Shown here: positions 18,639 through 28,209 of the stretch, in pieces | How the letters are laid out: every line of letters starts with the position of its first letter | Position numbering within the stretch: the stretch's first letter is position 1 | DNA from: Candidatus Saccharimonadota bacterium | Lineage (GTDB): Bacteria; Patescibacteriota; Saccharimonadia; Saccharimonadales; SZUA-47 | Direction of reading: 5' to 3' | Length of the DNA stretch: 64,000 bases | Assembly (NCBI GenBank): GCA_016700315.1 | Contig: CP065013.1 | Location: 1,449 to 65,448, forward strand | Position numbers and translations under genes: made by a program | The notes under the pieces: generated by a model | What the model saw: only the letters and a program-made list of their open reading frames with translations | Databases searched by the model: none | What the model was told of the DNA's origin: nothing

Positions 18639-20305
18639 GCTATTCTTCTACCTATAGTGTCTTGCGGCATAACTCGCATTACCGAGTGCATGTCGGGGGT
18701 GCGGTTTTTGCCGGTTAGTTTAACCCTAATGATACGAGCAAAGTCTGCCAAATTGCCTTTGAAGTTTTCTGGATTAGCCTTGTAAGCTTTATTGTCTAGC
18801 GCGAAGCCGCTGGTCTCGGCTGCTATCTTTAGCTTTTCGAACCAAGTCGGCTGATCATCGGCTTTAGAGTAACTGGACAGAAAGTTAGCGCAAGCAGAAG
18901 ATACAGTTTGAGTGTCAAAATCCTGCAAAAGTTCGTCTATTCGGCCAGCGAATATTTTGTCATAAACACTGTCTATGAAGTAGCCATATTCCTCAATTAC
19001 ATCGCTCCATTTGGCCACGTCTTTGCGCACCTTTTCGCCGCTACGCTCAATTGCTAGCGCCGGTTTTAGCTCTTCGAAATGATTCAATAGTAAAGTAGGG
19101 ACTTCGGGGTCTAGATTATTGTTTCTGCAGTACTCAACTCCGTATTCACTCAACCACTGCTGTATCTTCTGGTTGAATGTTTCCTGCGGCAGAACACCTA
19201 TCATGTCTCTCGAATAAAAATCCAGTTTTGACTCATCAAACAGCGGGGCACGCGACTTAGCTAGTTTATCCATTGTTACCAACTGGCCGTAGTTGGATAT
19301 CGGCTCTTCTGCATGCTCCTTAAACCAAACGTCGAGATCTGAATTGGCAAGCCCAAAAAGGTAGAGCTTCAGCGCATCAATCGGGTAGCCCAACTCGTAA
19401 AAGAACGCCACATTCGCTTGCGGGTCTTTACGCTTACTAAGCTTGCGTTTATTATTGGTCGCTTTGTCGAGGATAGTGATTGGCGCAATATGCGCATATC
19501 TAAAAGGGGTTATGCCAAGAGCTTGAGCTAGCTCGATATGGAGCGGTAACGAAGGCAGCCACTCATCACCACGGATTACTAAAGTCGTGCCCATCAAAAA
19601 ATCGTCTACAACATGAGCCAAATGATAGGTAGGCAAACGAGAACCATCGGCCTTTATTAGTGGTATATCTAGGTCGTTTTCTGGAAGCTCTAACTGACCT
19701 TTAAGCTCATCAGAAAAAGCAACTCTTTTATCGTGAGAGCCGCTTGATCGAAAACGTAAAACAAAGGGTTTACCCGCATCAAGTGCGGCCTCAATTTCTG
19801 CATCGGACTTATCGCGCCATAGAGCCCACTGACCGTAATAGCCAGGCCGAACTTTGGCGGCCTGCTGAGCTTTGAAGTTCTGCTCGAGCTCTTCAAGCGT
19901 AGCGAAACAAGGATAAGCTCGACCGCTCTTTAGCAAGTCAACCGCGTATGCCAGATATATTTCGACTCGTTCGCTTTGTTTGTAGACCTCCGCCGGAGTT
20001 AGTCCAAAATTATCGAGAGCTGCTCGGATTACTTGGTCACCGTTTTCAATCTCACGTTTTTTATCAGTATCTTCGATTCTAAGATAGAAAACGCCACCGG
20101 TTTGCTTCGCTAATTCATCGCAGAGCAGGGCAGTATAAATAGTGCCGATATGCACAAAGCCAGTTGGGCTTGGTGCTACCCTTGTAACTTCGGCTCCTTC
20201 CGGCAAATGACGCAAAGGTTTTGCGGCTTCGACTTCTGCGCGCGCGGGCACCGTCAAACCCTCGGTAAGCTTGGCCGTAATTTTTTCCACTAACTCCGTT
20301 TTCAT
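18635..20305 (-). CDS. gltX: Glutamate--tRNA ligase
   Basis: Class I signatures 'PSPTGFVHIGT' (HIGH) and 'KLSKRK' (KMSKS); GluRS-like catalytic core. Confidence 0.9.
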   Translation of the reverse strand: MKTELVEKITAKLTEGLTVPARAEVEAAKPLRHLPEGAEVTRVAPSPTGFVHIGTIYTALLCDELAKQTGGVFYLRIEDTDKKREIENGDQVIRAALDNFGLTPAEVYKQSERVEIYLAYAVDLLKSGRAYPCFATLEELEQNFKAQQAAKVRPGYYGQWALWRDKSDAEIEAALDAGKPFVLRFRSSGSHDKRVAFSDELKGQLELPENDLDIPLIKADGSRLPTYHLAHVVDDFLMGTTLVIRGDEWLPSLPLHIELAQALGITPFRYAHIAPITILDKATNNKRKLSKRKDPQANVAFFYELGYPIDALKLYLFGLANSDLDVWFKEHAEEPISNYGQLVTMDKLAKSRAPLFDESKLDFYSRDMIGVLPQETFNQKIQQWLSEYGVEYCRNNNLDPEVPTLLLNHFEELKPALAIERSGEKVRKDVAKWSDVIEEYGYFIDSVYDKIFAGRIDELLQDFDTQTVSSACANFLSSYSKADDQPTWFEKLKIAAETSGFALDNKAYKANPENFKGNLADFARIIRVKLTGKNRTPDMHSVMRVMPQDTIGRRIA

Positions 20306-20317
20306 TAAGCATATTGT

Positions 20318-20702
20318 ACAGGGTAATAAGAGATGCGTACAGGGCGCAGGGGGGATAGTAGTAAGTAGGTAGTAGGTAGTAGTTAGTAGTTGGTAGTTGA
20401 TAGTAAGTGTAAAATTCTAAATCCTAAAATCTAAATTCTAAACAAAGATAGTATCAAGTATTACGTATCATGTATAAAGTATGAATTAGACCCTAGACAC
20501 TGGCTACTAGTCCCTAGCTCTTGGCTCATGGCTCATGACCCTTGACTCTAGGCTCTGCTTGAACAGTACGCAGTACGCGGTACAGGGTACGGGGTGATAC
20601 TTGCTAGTCTAGTCCCTAGTCCCTGGTCCCTAGTCCCTAGCTCTTGGCTCATGGCTCACTGCTCATGCCTCGCGACTCTTGTCTCTTGACTCTCGACTCT
20701 TT
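20318..20702. repeat. Mosaic heptanucleotide-repeat array, largely the reverse complement of the 15.5-kb array
   Basis: 20446-20597 is near-identical to the reverse complement of 15790-15910 (runs of 31 and 55 identical nt checked by eye). The AGTTGGT module keeps the same orientation as at 15.6 kb. Confidence 0.85.
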
Positions 20703-20708
20703 ATACTT

Positions 20709-21926
20709 ATGCTTATGGATAGAAAAGAAAAATTCGAAGAGCCAGCATTTATTGAGCCGGAAAAAATGGCTGAAGCCGAAGATCGCTACAACCAACGTGA
20801 GCCAATCGTGAAAGCCAGCAAACAATCTAAAAACCCCTTTAAAAAGCTCACTAAAATCTGGCGCGGCGCCAGCCGACTGCAAAAAGTCGCTATGATTTTT
20901 GTTTTAGTAGTCATACTTGGCGGTGCGGGTTATGGAGCTTACGCTTTGTTTATAAAAAACGAACCAGCTCAAGAAACAGATCAATCTAACAAACAAGAGG
21001 CAGAACCCGTTGTTGTTGAGCCACCAAAACCTACGACTGAAGCCTCAAGGCTTACTGGGGTACAAATCACCCCCGAGCTAAACAAAAGAGGCATCACAGC
21101 CGTAATGATCGAAAACAGCCCTGATGCGCGTCCTCAGTCTGGACTTAAAGATGCTGGGGTGGTTTTCGAAGCAATAGCCGAGGGTGGAATCACTAGATTC
21201 TTGGCACTTTTTCAAGAAGCTCAGCCAGATTACATCGGGCCAGTTCGTAGCGCCCGTCCTTATTACATTGATTGGTTAAGCGCTTTTGACCCGACTTACG
21301 CCCACGCTGGCGGTAGCCCAGAAGCAATTTCACTAATAGCTCAACTAGGACTAAAAGACATACCTGACGATGGGCTAAACCAGACTTTTTGGCGAATAAA
21401 TAGTCGCTACGCTCCTCATAACCTCTACACATCTAGCGCTAACCTAGACGCCGCTCGCAGCCGAAAAGGCTATGGTGGCAGCAGTTTTACCTCATTAAAA
21501 AGAGGCGAGGAAAAAGCGGTTTCTCCGGTTACTGCAGCAGCAATTGATATAAACCCCTCTAGCCAACTTTACGGAGTTCATTACGATTATGACGCTACAA
21601 CAAATTCATATAAGCGCTTTTTAGCTGGTCAGCCACATGTCGATGAAAAAAGTGGTGCCCAAATCATGCCAAAAGTCGTCATTGCGTGGGTAGTGCCTTA
21701 CTCTATTCACCCCGACCGTGTTCACAGCGTCTACGGCACGATCGGTTCAGGCAAGGCTATAGTATTCCAAAATGGCGTAGCTGCCGAGGTTACTTGGCAT
21801 AAAGCCAGCAGGACTGAGCAGGTTACTTTTACCGACGCTGCTGGCAGCGCTGTTGCCCTCAACCCAGGCCAAACCTGGTTCACGGCCGTCGGAAGCTCAG
21901 ATTTAATCGGCTTTAGAGGGCCTTAG
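20709..21926 (+). CDS. DUF3048-family protein (YerB-like, membrane-anchored)
   Basis: 'ITAVMIENSPDARPQSGLKDAGVVFEAIAEGGITRFLALF' matches the DUF3048 core. The TTG start at 20679 sits in the repeat array, so I prefer ATG 20709 or 20715. Confidence 0.65.
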   Translation: MLMDRKEKFEEPAFIEPEKMAEAEDRYNQREPIVKASKQSKNPFKKLTKIWRGASRLQKVAMIFVLVVILGGAGYGAYALFIKNEPAQETDQSNKQEAEPVVVEPPKPTTEASRLTGVQITPELNKRGITAVMIENSPDARPQSGLKDAGVVFEAIAEGGITRFLALFQEAQPDYIGPVRSARPYYIDWLSAFDPTYAHAGGSPEAISLIAQLGLKDIPDDGLNQTFWRINSRYAPHNLYTSSANLDAARSRKGYGGSSFTSLKRGEEKAVSPVTAAAIDINPSSQLYGVHYDYDATTNSYKRFLAGQPHVDEKSGAQIMPKVVIAWVVPYSIHPDRVHSVYGTIGSGKAIVFQNGVAAEVTWHKASRTEQVTFTDAAGSAVALNPGQTWFTAVGSSDLIGFRGP

Positions 21927-21938
21927 GTAGAAATAGCG

Positions 21939-23474
21939 GTGGATAACTACAAAAAATATGTCGACCAGTTGAGTTTTAAGATTTTTGGCTACTTGATAAT
22001 CTATTTTGTAATTTTAGGTACTGCTACATTTGTTTGCTACCGTATATGGCCGTTATACAGCCCGTTCTTTTTCATGACAATGGCTAGCGTCGCCATTACC
22101 GGCGGTTTTCTCATTACTCTGGCTTTAGCTAAAAGTGCTGCTGCACCAGTTAGGACTTTGCAAGATATTTTCTCTTACAAATTCCGTCCAACTTTTGACG
22201 CACGCGAGCCAGACACATCCAAGATAACTACCGGCCGTGAATTGGTTGAAGCACTAAGAGATCTACTGAAATCAGTCGATGTTGGCAAGACATCTGCCGT
22301 TGAGACTATAAATACTGCCCAGACTACTGGCAATTTGGTCGGTACCATAGCCAGTAATCTACCGATGCCTGTCATAGCAATTAAAAGCGATAACCGAATC
22401 GCTTACGCGAACAAGACTGCTGCGGCCTACTTTGAATTAAAGGGAGAGGTATTTAATAGTAACTTTACCGAAATTGCGAACTTGTCTTTTCCTAGCGAAG
22501 ACACTTTCGACAACTGGCTAGCAGATTGCCGAAATAATAAGGTCACCGACACAAAAAGCTGGACACGCGTAAGATTGACACTAGACGATCAATCTTCTCC
22601 TAAGCAGTTTGATATGATCGCATACTTTAGTAAAGGCGATTCTACCGGAGCGGAAACCTTGTTGGCGGTTTTTGATCAGAGCGATCGTTACAATCACGAC
22701 GACCAAGACGTCAGTTTTTTGGCACTTGCTGTTCACGAATTGCGTACGCCTTTGACGATAATGCGCGGCTTGATTGAAGTATTTGAGGAGGAAGTAACTC
22801 CGACGCTTAACGAAGAGATGAGAGGCTTTATGGGTAAGTTACATGCCTCTGCCCAGCAGCTTACGGCATTTGTTAGCAACATATTGAACATGGCGCGTGT
22901 CGAACAAAATCAACTAACTTTGTCTCTTAGAGAGGAAGAGTGGACACCCATTTTAACGAACGCAATAAACGATTTGAATCTGAGAGCTCAGGTTCATGGA
23001 AAACAGATCCAGCTGACTATTGACCCAGGGCTACCGAAGGTGGCTGTTGATCGAATGGGTGTACAGGAAGTTGTTAATAATCTAGTCGAAAACGCGATTA
23101 AATATAGCGGCGGCGCAAACCAGATTCTTGTTAGAGCCGGCCTGAATAAACAAGGTTTGGTCGTTACTAGTATCCAAGATTTTGGCGTCGGAATACCACA
23201 ATCGATTTTGCCACATCTTTTTGAAAAGTACTATCGTAGCCATCGAACCAAGGGTACAGCTAGCGGCACTGGGTTGGGGTTATACCTTTGCCAAGCCATA
23301 GTTAAGGCCCATGGGGGTACAATCGCTGCCGAATCCCATGAAGGTAAGGGGAGCACTTTCAGCTTCACTCTCCTGCCGTATGGCATGGTTAAATCTGAAG
23401 CAGACCAAGGACAAGATGGTATTATTAGAGGTGCACACGGTTGGATCAAAAATCATAACATATATAAGGGCTAG
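21939..23474 (+). CDS. Sensor histidine kinase (membrane-bound)
   Basis: Two TM helices, H-box 'LAVHELRTPLT', N-box 'NLVENAIKYS', G-boxes 'DFGVGI' and 'GTGLGL'. Confidence 0.88.
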   Translation: MDNYKKYVDQLSFKIFGYLIIYFVILGTATFVCYRIWPLYSPFFFMTMASVAITGGFLITLALAKSAAAPVRTLQDIFSYKFRPTFDAREPDTSKITTGRELVEALRDLLKSVDVGKTSAVETINTAQTTGNLVGTIASNLPMPVIAIKSDNRIAYANKTAAAYFELKGEVFNSNFTEIANLSFPSEDTFDNWLADCRNNKVTDTKSWTRVRLTLDDQSSPKQFDMIAYFSKGDSTGAETLLAVFDQSDRYNHDDQDVSFLALAVHELRTPLTIMRGLIEVFEEEVTPTLNEEMRGFMGKLHASAQQLTAFVSNILNMARVEQNQLTLSLREEEWTPILTNAINDLNLRAQVHGKQIQLTIDPGLPKVAVDRMGVQEVVNNLVENAIKYSGGANQILVRAGLNKQGLVVTSIQDFGVGIPQSILPHLFEKYYRSHRTKGTASGTGLGLYLCQAIVKAHGGTIAAESHEGKGSTFSFTLLPYGMVKSEADQGQDGIIRGAHGWIKNHNIYKG

Positions 23475-23477
23475 GGT

Positions 23478-23855
23478 ATGCAACCACAAAAAAGAGTATT
23501 AATAGTCGAAGACGAACATTTTATAAGCGAGCTGTATACCCGCGCACTGACAAAAGCTGGCTATAACGTCACAACTGCTACCGATGGCATGAATGGCTTC
23601 CAGATGATCATGACAGACCAATACGATATTGTGCTGCTAGACATAATGCTACCCAACCTAAATGGCATTGATGCGCTTAAGAATATCCGCGAGCGTACTA
23701 AAGATAAGCCGCTTAAGACAAAAATAATTATCGCAACCAATCTGGACCAGGAAGATCAAAAACGTGAGGCTATCGAAAGTATTGCCGATGGTTATCTAGT
23801 GAAGGCCGAAATCACCCCCAAGCAGTTGGTTGAATTTTTGCAACGTCTTGACTAG
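23478..23855 (+). CDS. Single-domain response regulator (receiver only)
   Basis: 'VLIVEDE', 'DIVLLDIMLP', 'K' in 'GYLVKA'. No output domain. Confidence 0.88.
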   Translation: MQPQKRVLIVEDEHFISELYTRALTKAGYNVTTATDGMNGFQMIMTDQYDIVLLDIMLPNLNGIDALKNIRERTKDKPLKTKIIIATNLDQEDQKREAIESIADGYLVKAEITPKQLVEFLQRLD

Positions 23856-23878
23856 ACATTGTTTATCTACCTCTGTTA

Positions 23879-23887
23879 TGCTATAAT
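23879..23887 (+). promoter_or_regulatory. Extended -10 promoter TGCTATAAT upstream of tRNA-Glu
   Basis: An exact TGCTATAAT lies 43 nt upstream of the mature tRNA 5' end. Confidence 0.5.
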
Positions 23888-23929
23888 TTTGTTTGTCTTA
23901 ATTTGGCAAATACTGCTTAGTTAATATTT

Positions 23930-24004
23930 GGTCTCATCGTCTAACGGTTAGGACACCAGGTTCTCATCCTGGCAATCCGGGTTCGATTCCCGGTGAGATC
24001 ACCA
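23930..24004 (+). tRNA. tRNA-Glu (anticodon CTC), CCA encoded
   Basis: Acceptor GGTCTCA/TGAGATC (one G-U), D-arm GTCT-AACGGTTA-GGAC, anticodon arm CCAGG-TTCTCAT-CCTGG, T-arm CCGGG-TTCGATT-CCCGG, ACCA. Confidence 0.9.
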
Positions 24005-24006
24005 AA

Positions 24007-24046
24007 GAAAATAGTCCAACCCATTAGCGGTTGGACTATTTTCTTG
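24007..24046 (+). terminator. Rho-independent terminator after tRNA-Glu
   Basis: Perfect 15-bp stem GAAAATAGTCCAACC / GGTTGGACTATTTTC with a 7-nt loop, followed by TTGT. Confidence 0.7.
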
Positions 24047-24195
24047 TGCAAGCCTTGCTCGACGGAACCGAATCCGATACGGTTATACAGTGCTCGCATG
24101 CCTTAAACTATCTCACTCCAAGTGAATACTGTGATACACTCGGATTAACCATTCGCAGGCTGCAAGTATCCAAGATGTAGTGAGTAAGTGCAATC

Positions 24196-24450
24196 TTGTA
24201 TACACATTTATTAAGAGGACTTATAATGAAATATATGGACAAGATTTTTGCTCTAACTTTTATATTAGTTTTACAACCGGCATTCGCATACTTAACATAT
24301 TTTGCAATTGGTAAGGCTCTTGCTTTAATTAATGTCAATAACAGGATTGTTGTTTTGGCTGTGAGCATTGTCTGGTATATCGTTTTTGCATTCCTCTTTG
24401 CTCGTGGTTTTCTTTCAAGTGACGAGGCAAAAAGGCTAGGATTTAAATAG
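24196..24450 (+). CDS. Hypothetical small membrane protein
   Basis: 84-aa ORF with two hydrophobic helices. Coding status is uncertain because it overlaps an antisense ORF. Confidence 0.3.
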   Translation: MYTHLLRGLIMKYMDKIFALTFILVLQPAFAYLTYFAIGKALALINVNNRIVVLAVSIVWYIVFAFLFARGFLSSDEAKRLGFK

Positions 24451-24563
24451 GGTATTTCGCAGAGACAATTTCAGGATCATTTGATTTCTGCTTGAATTCT
24501 TCTAGACCCGCTAAAACGTATATTTATCGGTGTTATTTTGTCGAGCTAGGAGTTGGTTAGTGC

Positions 24564-25343
24564 TTAATAAATGTAATTATAACGATAGCCTGACGTATAG
24601 CCACGGGACAATAGCTCTTTTAGGGGTAGCACTGTGTAACCATTAGCCTTTGCCCATGCTAACATGCAGGGTACAGCATTGACTGTCTGAGAGTGAGAAC
24701 CACCGTCGTGAAGCAAAATTATTGAACCTGGTCGCACTTTAGACTTAAAACGGGCACACAAGGTCGATGAACTGACTCGTGGGCTACGCCAATCCCCCAG
24801 ATCGGAGTCTGTCCAGATGTTACAAAGACCATTTCTAAATGCAACCTCACGAGGGGAGCTGTAGCTGCTACCGAAGTTGCCTCCCGGCGCCCTGAAATAA
24901 GTTGGTGCCACGCCGGTATAAGATTTGACGACGTTATTCGTTGTAACAACTTCTTTTGCGATTGCTGATTGTGTCGTTGGGTGCGTCATTGAATGATTTC
25001 CAACTTCGTGACCGCGGCTAGCAACGGATTTGGCAATAGCTGGATTAGCCTTTATGTTCCGACCCACCATGAAAAAGGTTGCCTTCCATCCATACTTTTC
25101 GAAAGAATTCATCACAGCATTGGTATTGGTTGGCCATGGGCCATCGTCAAATGTGAATGAAATTACTTTTTCACTAGTGACTATTCCATTTATTCGTCGA
25201 CTAGATTTACAGAGTCCTGTTGAGGCGCCAGTGCGCGAAGCTTCCTGTGCAAAAGTAGGCTGAATATTAAAATTACTAATTAGAGTTGCGTTTAATAGCG
25301 CGACTATTAAAATAATATACTTTACGGACTTAGACTTCTTCAT
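24564..25343 (-). CDS. Polysaccharide deacetylase (CE4/NodB family), secreted
   Basis: Signal peptide; 'ISFTFDDGP', 'ATFFMVG', 'GHEVGNHSMTH', 'IILLHDG'. Confidence 0.88.
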   Translation of the reverse strand: MKKSKSVKYIILIVALLNATLISNFNIQPTFAQEASRTGASTGLCKSSRRINGIVTSEKVISFTFDDGPWPTNTNAVMNSFEKYGWKATFFMVGRNIKANPAIAKSVASRGHEVGNHSMTHPTTQSAIAKEVVTTNNVVKSYTGVAPTYFRAPGGNFGSSYSSPREVAFRNGLCNIWTDSDLGDWRSPRVSSSTLCARFKSKVRPGSIILLHDGGSHSQTVNAVPCMLAWAKANGYTVLPLKELLSRGYTSGYRYNYIY

Positions 25344-25454
25344 AATGCATTAATAATACTACAATTTGTACAAATTGCAATAAGATTAAAAAGAATATAT
25401 TGTGCTTAAGCTTGTTTTGTCAGATAATGATACTAAGTAAATCGAAGGGCACCG

Positions 25455-26711
25455 GTGGGTTTATTCAATAGAAAAAAGACAGACAATAATGATTCCGCAT
25501 TAATAAGCCAGCTTAAAAGCGAGCAGGCTAAAACTAGCATAATCATAAACGCTATCATAGATGGCGTATTTTTGATCGACGAAAAAGGAGTAATCCATAT
25601 ATTTAACCCTGCCGCAGCACGTATCAGTGGCTGGCTAAGTGAAGAAGCTATCGGCCTAGATTATAGATCGGTTATAAAAATTGTAGACGAAAAAGGTGAA
25701 GCACTACAGCCAGGTATGCACCCAATAAATAAAGTTTTTAAGAGCGGGGAGCCGCAGACCGGTGTCAGAGCTTCACTCTTAACCAAAACGGGCACTACCA
25801 TACTACTTGAGTTTAGTGTCTCGCCGTTGATGGACGGCAGCAAAGTTGGAGGCGTTATAGCAGTTTTTCGTGATGTCAGCGAAAAACACACGGAAGAGCA
25901 GCGAAGAGCAGATTTTATTTCGACAGCTAGCCACGAAATGCGCACGCCTGTTGCCGCAATTGAAGGTTACTTAGCGCTAGCCTTAAATGAAAACGTCAGT
26001 AAAATCGACCCCAAAGCCCGTAGCTTCCTCGAGAAGGCCCACTCCAGCACACAACACCTTGGGCAACTTTTTCAAGACCTTCTAACAAGCGCCAAAGCCG
26101 AAGACGGCCGCCTAACAAACCACCCTCAAGTAGTTGAGCTGGGAGAATTAACAGAGAAACTGGCCGATAGCCTCAAGTTCGCCGCCACAAAAAAAGGTCT
26201 CAAAATGGAATATGTAGTTGGTTCACAATCTGCAATTATAGATGCCACCGTCACACAGGCCGGCATGAAAACTCTTAGACCACTTTACTATGTCTACGCT
26301 GATCCGGATCGTTTACAAGAAGTAATTACCAACCTCTTCGATAACGCCGTTAAGTATACTGAATCTGGGGCTGTACGCCTAGGCATAACTGGTAACGACC
26401 ATAATGTCCAAGTTCATGTTGCAGACACAGGACCAGGCATACCGGTAGAAGACATACCTCACCTTTTCCAAAAGTTCTACCGCGTCGATAATTCAGCCAC
26501 TCGTACTATCGGCGGCACGGGCCTTGGCTTATTCATTTGCAAAAAAATAATCGAGCTTTATCAAGGTAAGTTATGGGTAGAAAGCGTAGTCGGAAAAGGT
26601 AGTACTTTCTACATCAATCTACCTCGTCTAAACAACGACAGGGCAGAGGCCCTAAAAGCTACTACGATCACATCACCTTTGGATGTTAGTGCAAATGGAG
26701 CTAAATTATGA
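25455..26711 (+). CDS. PAS-domain sensor histidine kinase (cytoplasmic)
   Basis: GTG start; PAS-like N-terminus, H-box 'STASHEMRTPV', 'NLFDNAVKYT', 'DTGPGI', 'GTGLGLFICK'. Confidence 0.88.
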   Translation: MGLFNRKKTDNNDSALISQLKSEQAKTSIIINAIIDGVFLIDEKGVIHIFNPAAARISGWLSEEAIGLDYRSVIKIVDEKGEALQPGMHPINKVFKSGEPQTGVRASLLTKTGTTILLEFSVSPLMDGSKVGGVIAVFRDVSEKHTEEQRRADFISTASHEMRTPVAAIEGYLALALNENVSKIDPKARSFLEKAHSSTQHLGQLFQDLLTSAKAEDGRLTNHPQVVELGELTEKLADSLKFAATKKGLKMEYVVGSQSAIIDATVTQAGMKTLRPLYYVYADPDRLQEVITNLFDNAVKYTESGAVRLGITGNDHNVQVHVADTGPGIPVEDIPHLFQKFYRVDNSATRTIGGTGLGLFICKKIIELYQGKLWVESVVGKGSTFYINLPRLNNDRAEALKATTITSPLDVSANGAKL

Positions 26712-26765
26712 AAAAATCAAAAAATGATATACTAAACGTAAGTAGAATGAAGGGGTAATTAAGTA

Positions 26766-28106
26766 ATGGCAAAAATACTTTTGGTCGAAGATGATAATAA
26801 CTTGCGGGAGATTTATGAAGCCCGCTTGAGCGCAGAAGGTTACGATATTATCGCGGCCAGAGACGGCGAAGAAGCGTTGGCAGTAGCCGTCAAAGAGAAA
26901 CCAGACCTTATCATCAGCGATGTAATGATGCCCAAAATAAGCGGCTTTGATATGCTTGACATCTTGCGAGGTACCCCTGAGACCAAGAATTGCAAGGTGA
27001 TTATGATGACTGCTCTCAGCCAAGCCGAAGACAAAGCAAGAGCCGACAAGCTCGGTGCCGATCGCTATTTAGTTAAATCACAAGTTACACTTGAAGATGT
27101 TGCCAAAGTCGCAAAGGAGGTACTTGAAGGTGACTCCATGCCAGCAACTCCAGACAGTAGTACCCAGCCCACTAGCTCCTCGCCAGCAAGTGCAGCCAGT
27201 GAACCAGCCGCAGATAATCCTGTTGTTGCAGCTTCGACCATACCACAGCCTACAACCGCTTCGGACTCACCGCCTGTAGCTGATAGCAGTGACGCTACTG
27301 GCGTACCTTTGCCAACTGTAAACACTACTGTTGACACAACTGTCCCAACTTCAAACGATGATTCTTCGGCTAGTGCTACGCCAATTGCCGACACATCCGC
27401 CCAAACAAGTACCAGCACAAACATAACCCCTGCCCAGACGGCCGCTCCTGCCATTGACTCCAGTACCGATACTAAACCTGCTGGTGAAGCCCCTGGCTTC
27501 TTAGTTGATGGGCCAACCCCAGTTCCAGCCAGCACAACACCAATACCTCCCGCCGAAGCTGATGAGTCATCTAAAATTGCTCAATCCATTGAGTCGTTCC
27601 TGTCCACCAAGGAAACAGCTGTGAGCACCCCAAATCTCGCACCGTCAGTTGCCGTCCAAACTGAGGCTACAGCCACCCCAGCCCCTGTAGCCGAATCTGG
27701 TCTCGAGACAATGAAATTTGTTGACACAGCCACTAGCTCTTCAGCAGAACCAACACCACACAAACTGGTCTTGGAAGATCAAACCGCTCCATCATCACCA
27801 AGCTCAGCTACAGTCGAAAACGTTCCAGGTGCTCCACCCGCAAGTAGCATGAGTATGCCCGGCCACAAGGTAATTCAGCCTCTTAACGATTTATCGAAAC
27901 CACCTGTTGATTTACAAGCCTTAGCACAAAAAGAAGAAGATGAGTCTACTGCGGCCAGCATCCTAAACCCCGTGACTACCGAATCTTCACAGCCCACACC
28001 GGATGCTCCTATCCAGCCGCTAGATACTGAAGTTGCACACACTACTCCAGCAACAGAAACACCCAAACCAAACGACACTATTGACCCCAACTCATTAGCG
28101 TTGTAG
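26766..28106 (+). CDS. Response regulator receiver domain fused to a ~320-aa Pro/Thr/Ser/Ala-rich low-complexity tail
   Basis: 'ILLVEDDNNLREIY', 'DLIISDVMMPK', 'YLVKS'. After residue ~120 there is only low-complexity sequence and no HTH. Confidence 0.8.
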   Translation: MAKILLVEDDNNLREIYEARLSAEGYDIIAARDGEEALAVAVKEKPDLIISDVMMPKISGFDMLDILRGTPETKNCKVIMMTALSQAEDKARADKLGADRYLVKSQVTLEDVAKVAKEVLEGDSMPATPDSSTQPTSSSPASAASEPAADNPVVAASTIPQPTTASDSPPVADSSDATGVPLPTVNTTVDTTVPTSNDDSSASATPIADTSAQTSTSTNITPAQTAAPAIDSSTDTKPAGEAPGFLVDGPTPVPASTTPIPPAEADESSKIAQSIESFLSTKETAVSTPNLAPSVAVQTEATATPAPVAESGLETMKFVDTATSSSAEPTPHKLVLEDQTAPSSPSSATVENVPGAPPASSMSMPGHKVIQPLNDLSKPPVDLQALAQKEEDESTAASILNPVTTESSQPTPDAPIQPLDTEVAHTTPATETPKPNDTIDPNSLAL

Positions 28107-28116
28107 GGCAAATACA

Positions 28117-28151
28117 GATTAGTGATTGAAGATTAAGGATTAGTGAAGGAA
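28117..28151. repeat. Heptanucleotide array (GATTAGT/GATTGAA/GATTAAG words, 5 units)
   Basis: Read directly. Same word family as the array after topA. Confidence 0.75.
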
Positions 28152-28209
28152 TGCTGGCTTCTGTTTCCGATTTTAGTATTTATTATTTTTGATTTAGAAT
28201 TTTATCAGT

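Noticed and set aside
20649-20882. ORF 20649-20882 (-) and the TTG start at 20679 for the DUF3048 gene.
   Set aside because: Both are generated by the heptad repeat array. The first in-frame ATG (20709) gives a normal N-terminus.
27065-27535. Long antisense ORFs: 27065-27535, 16279-16755, 36609-36944, 12593-12892 and 57194-57565.
   Set aside because: Each lies fully inside a well-supported gene on the opposite strand and has low-complexity or atypical composition. I treated them as non-coding shadows.
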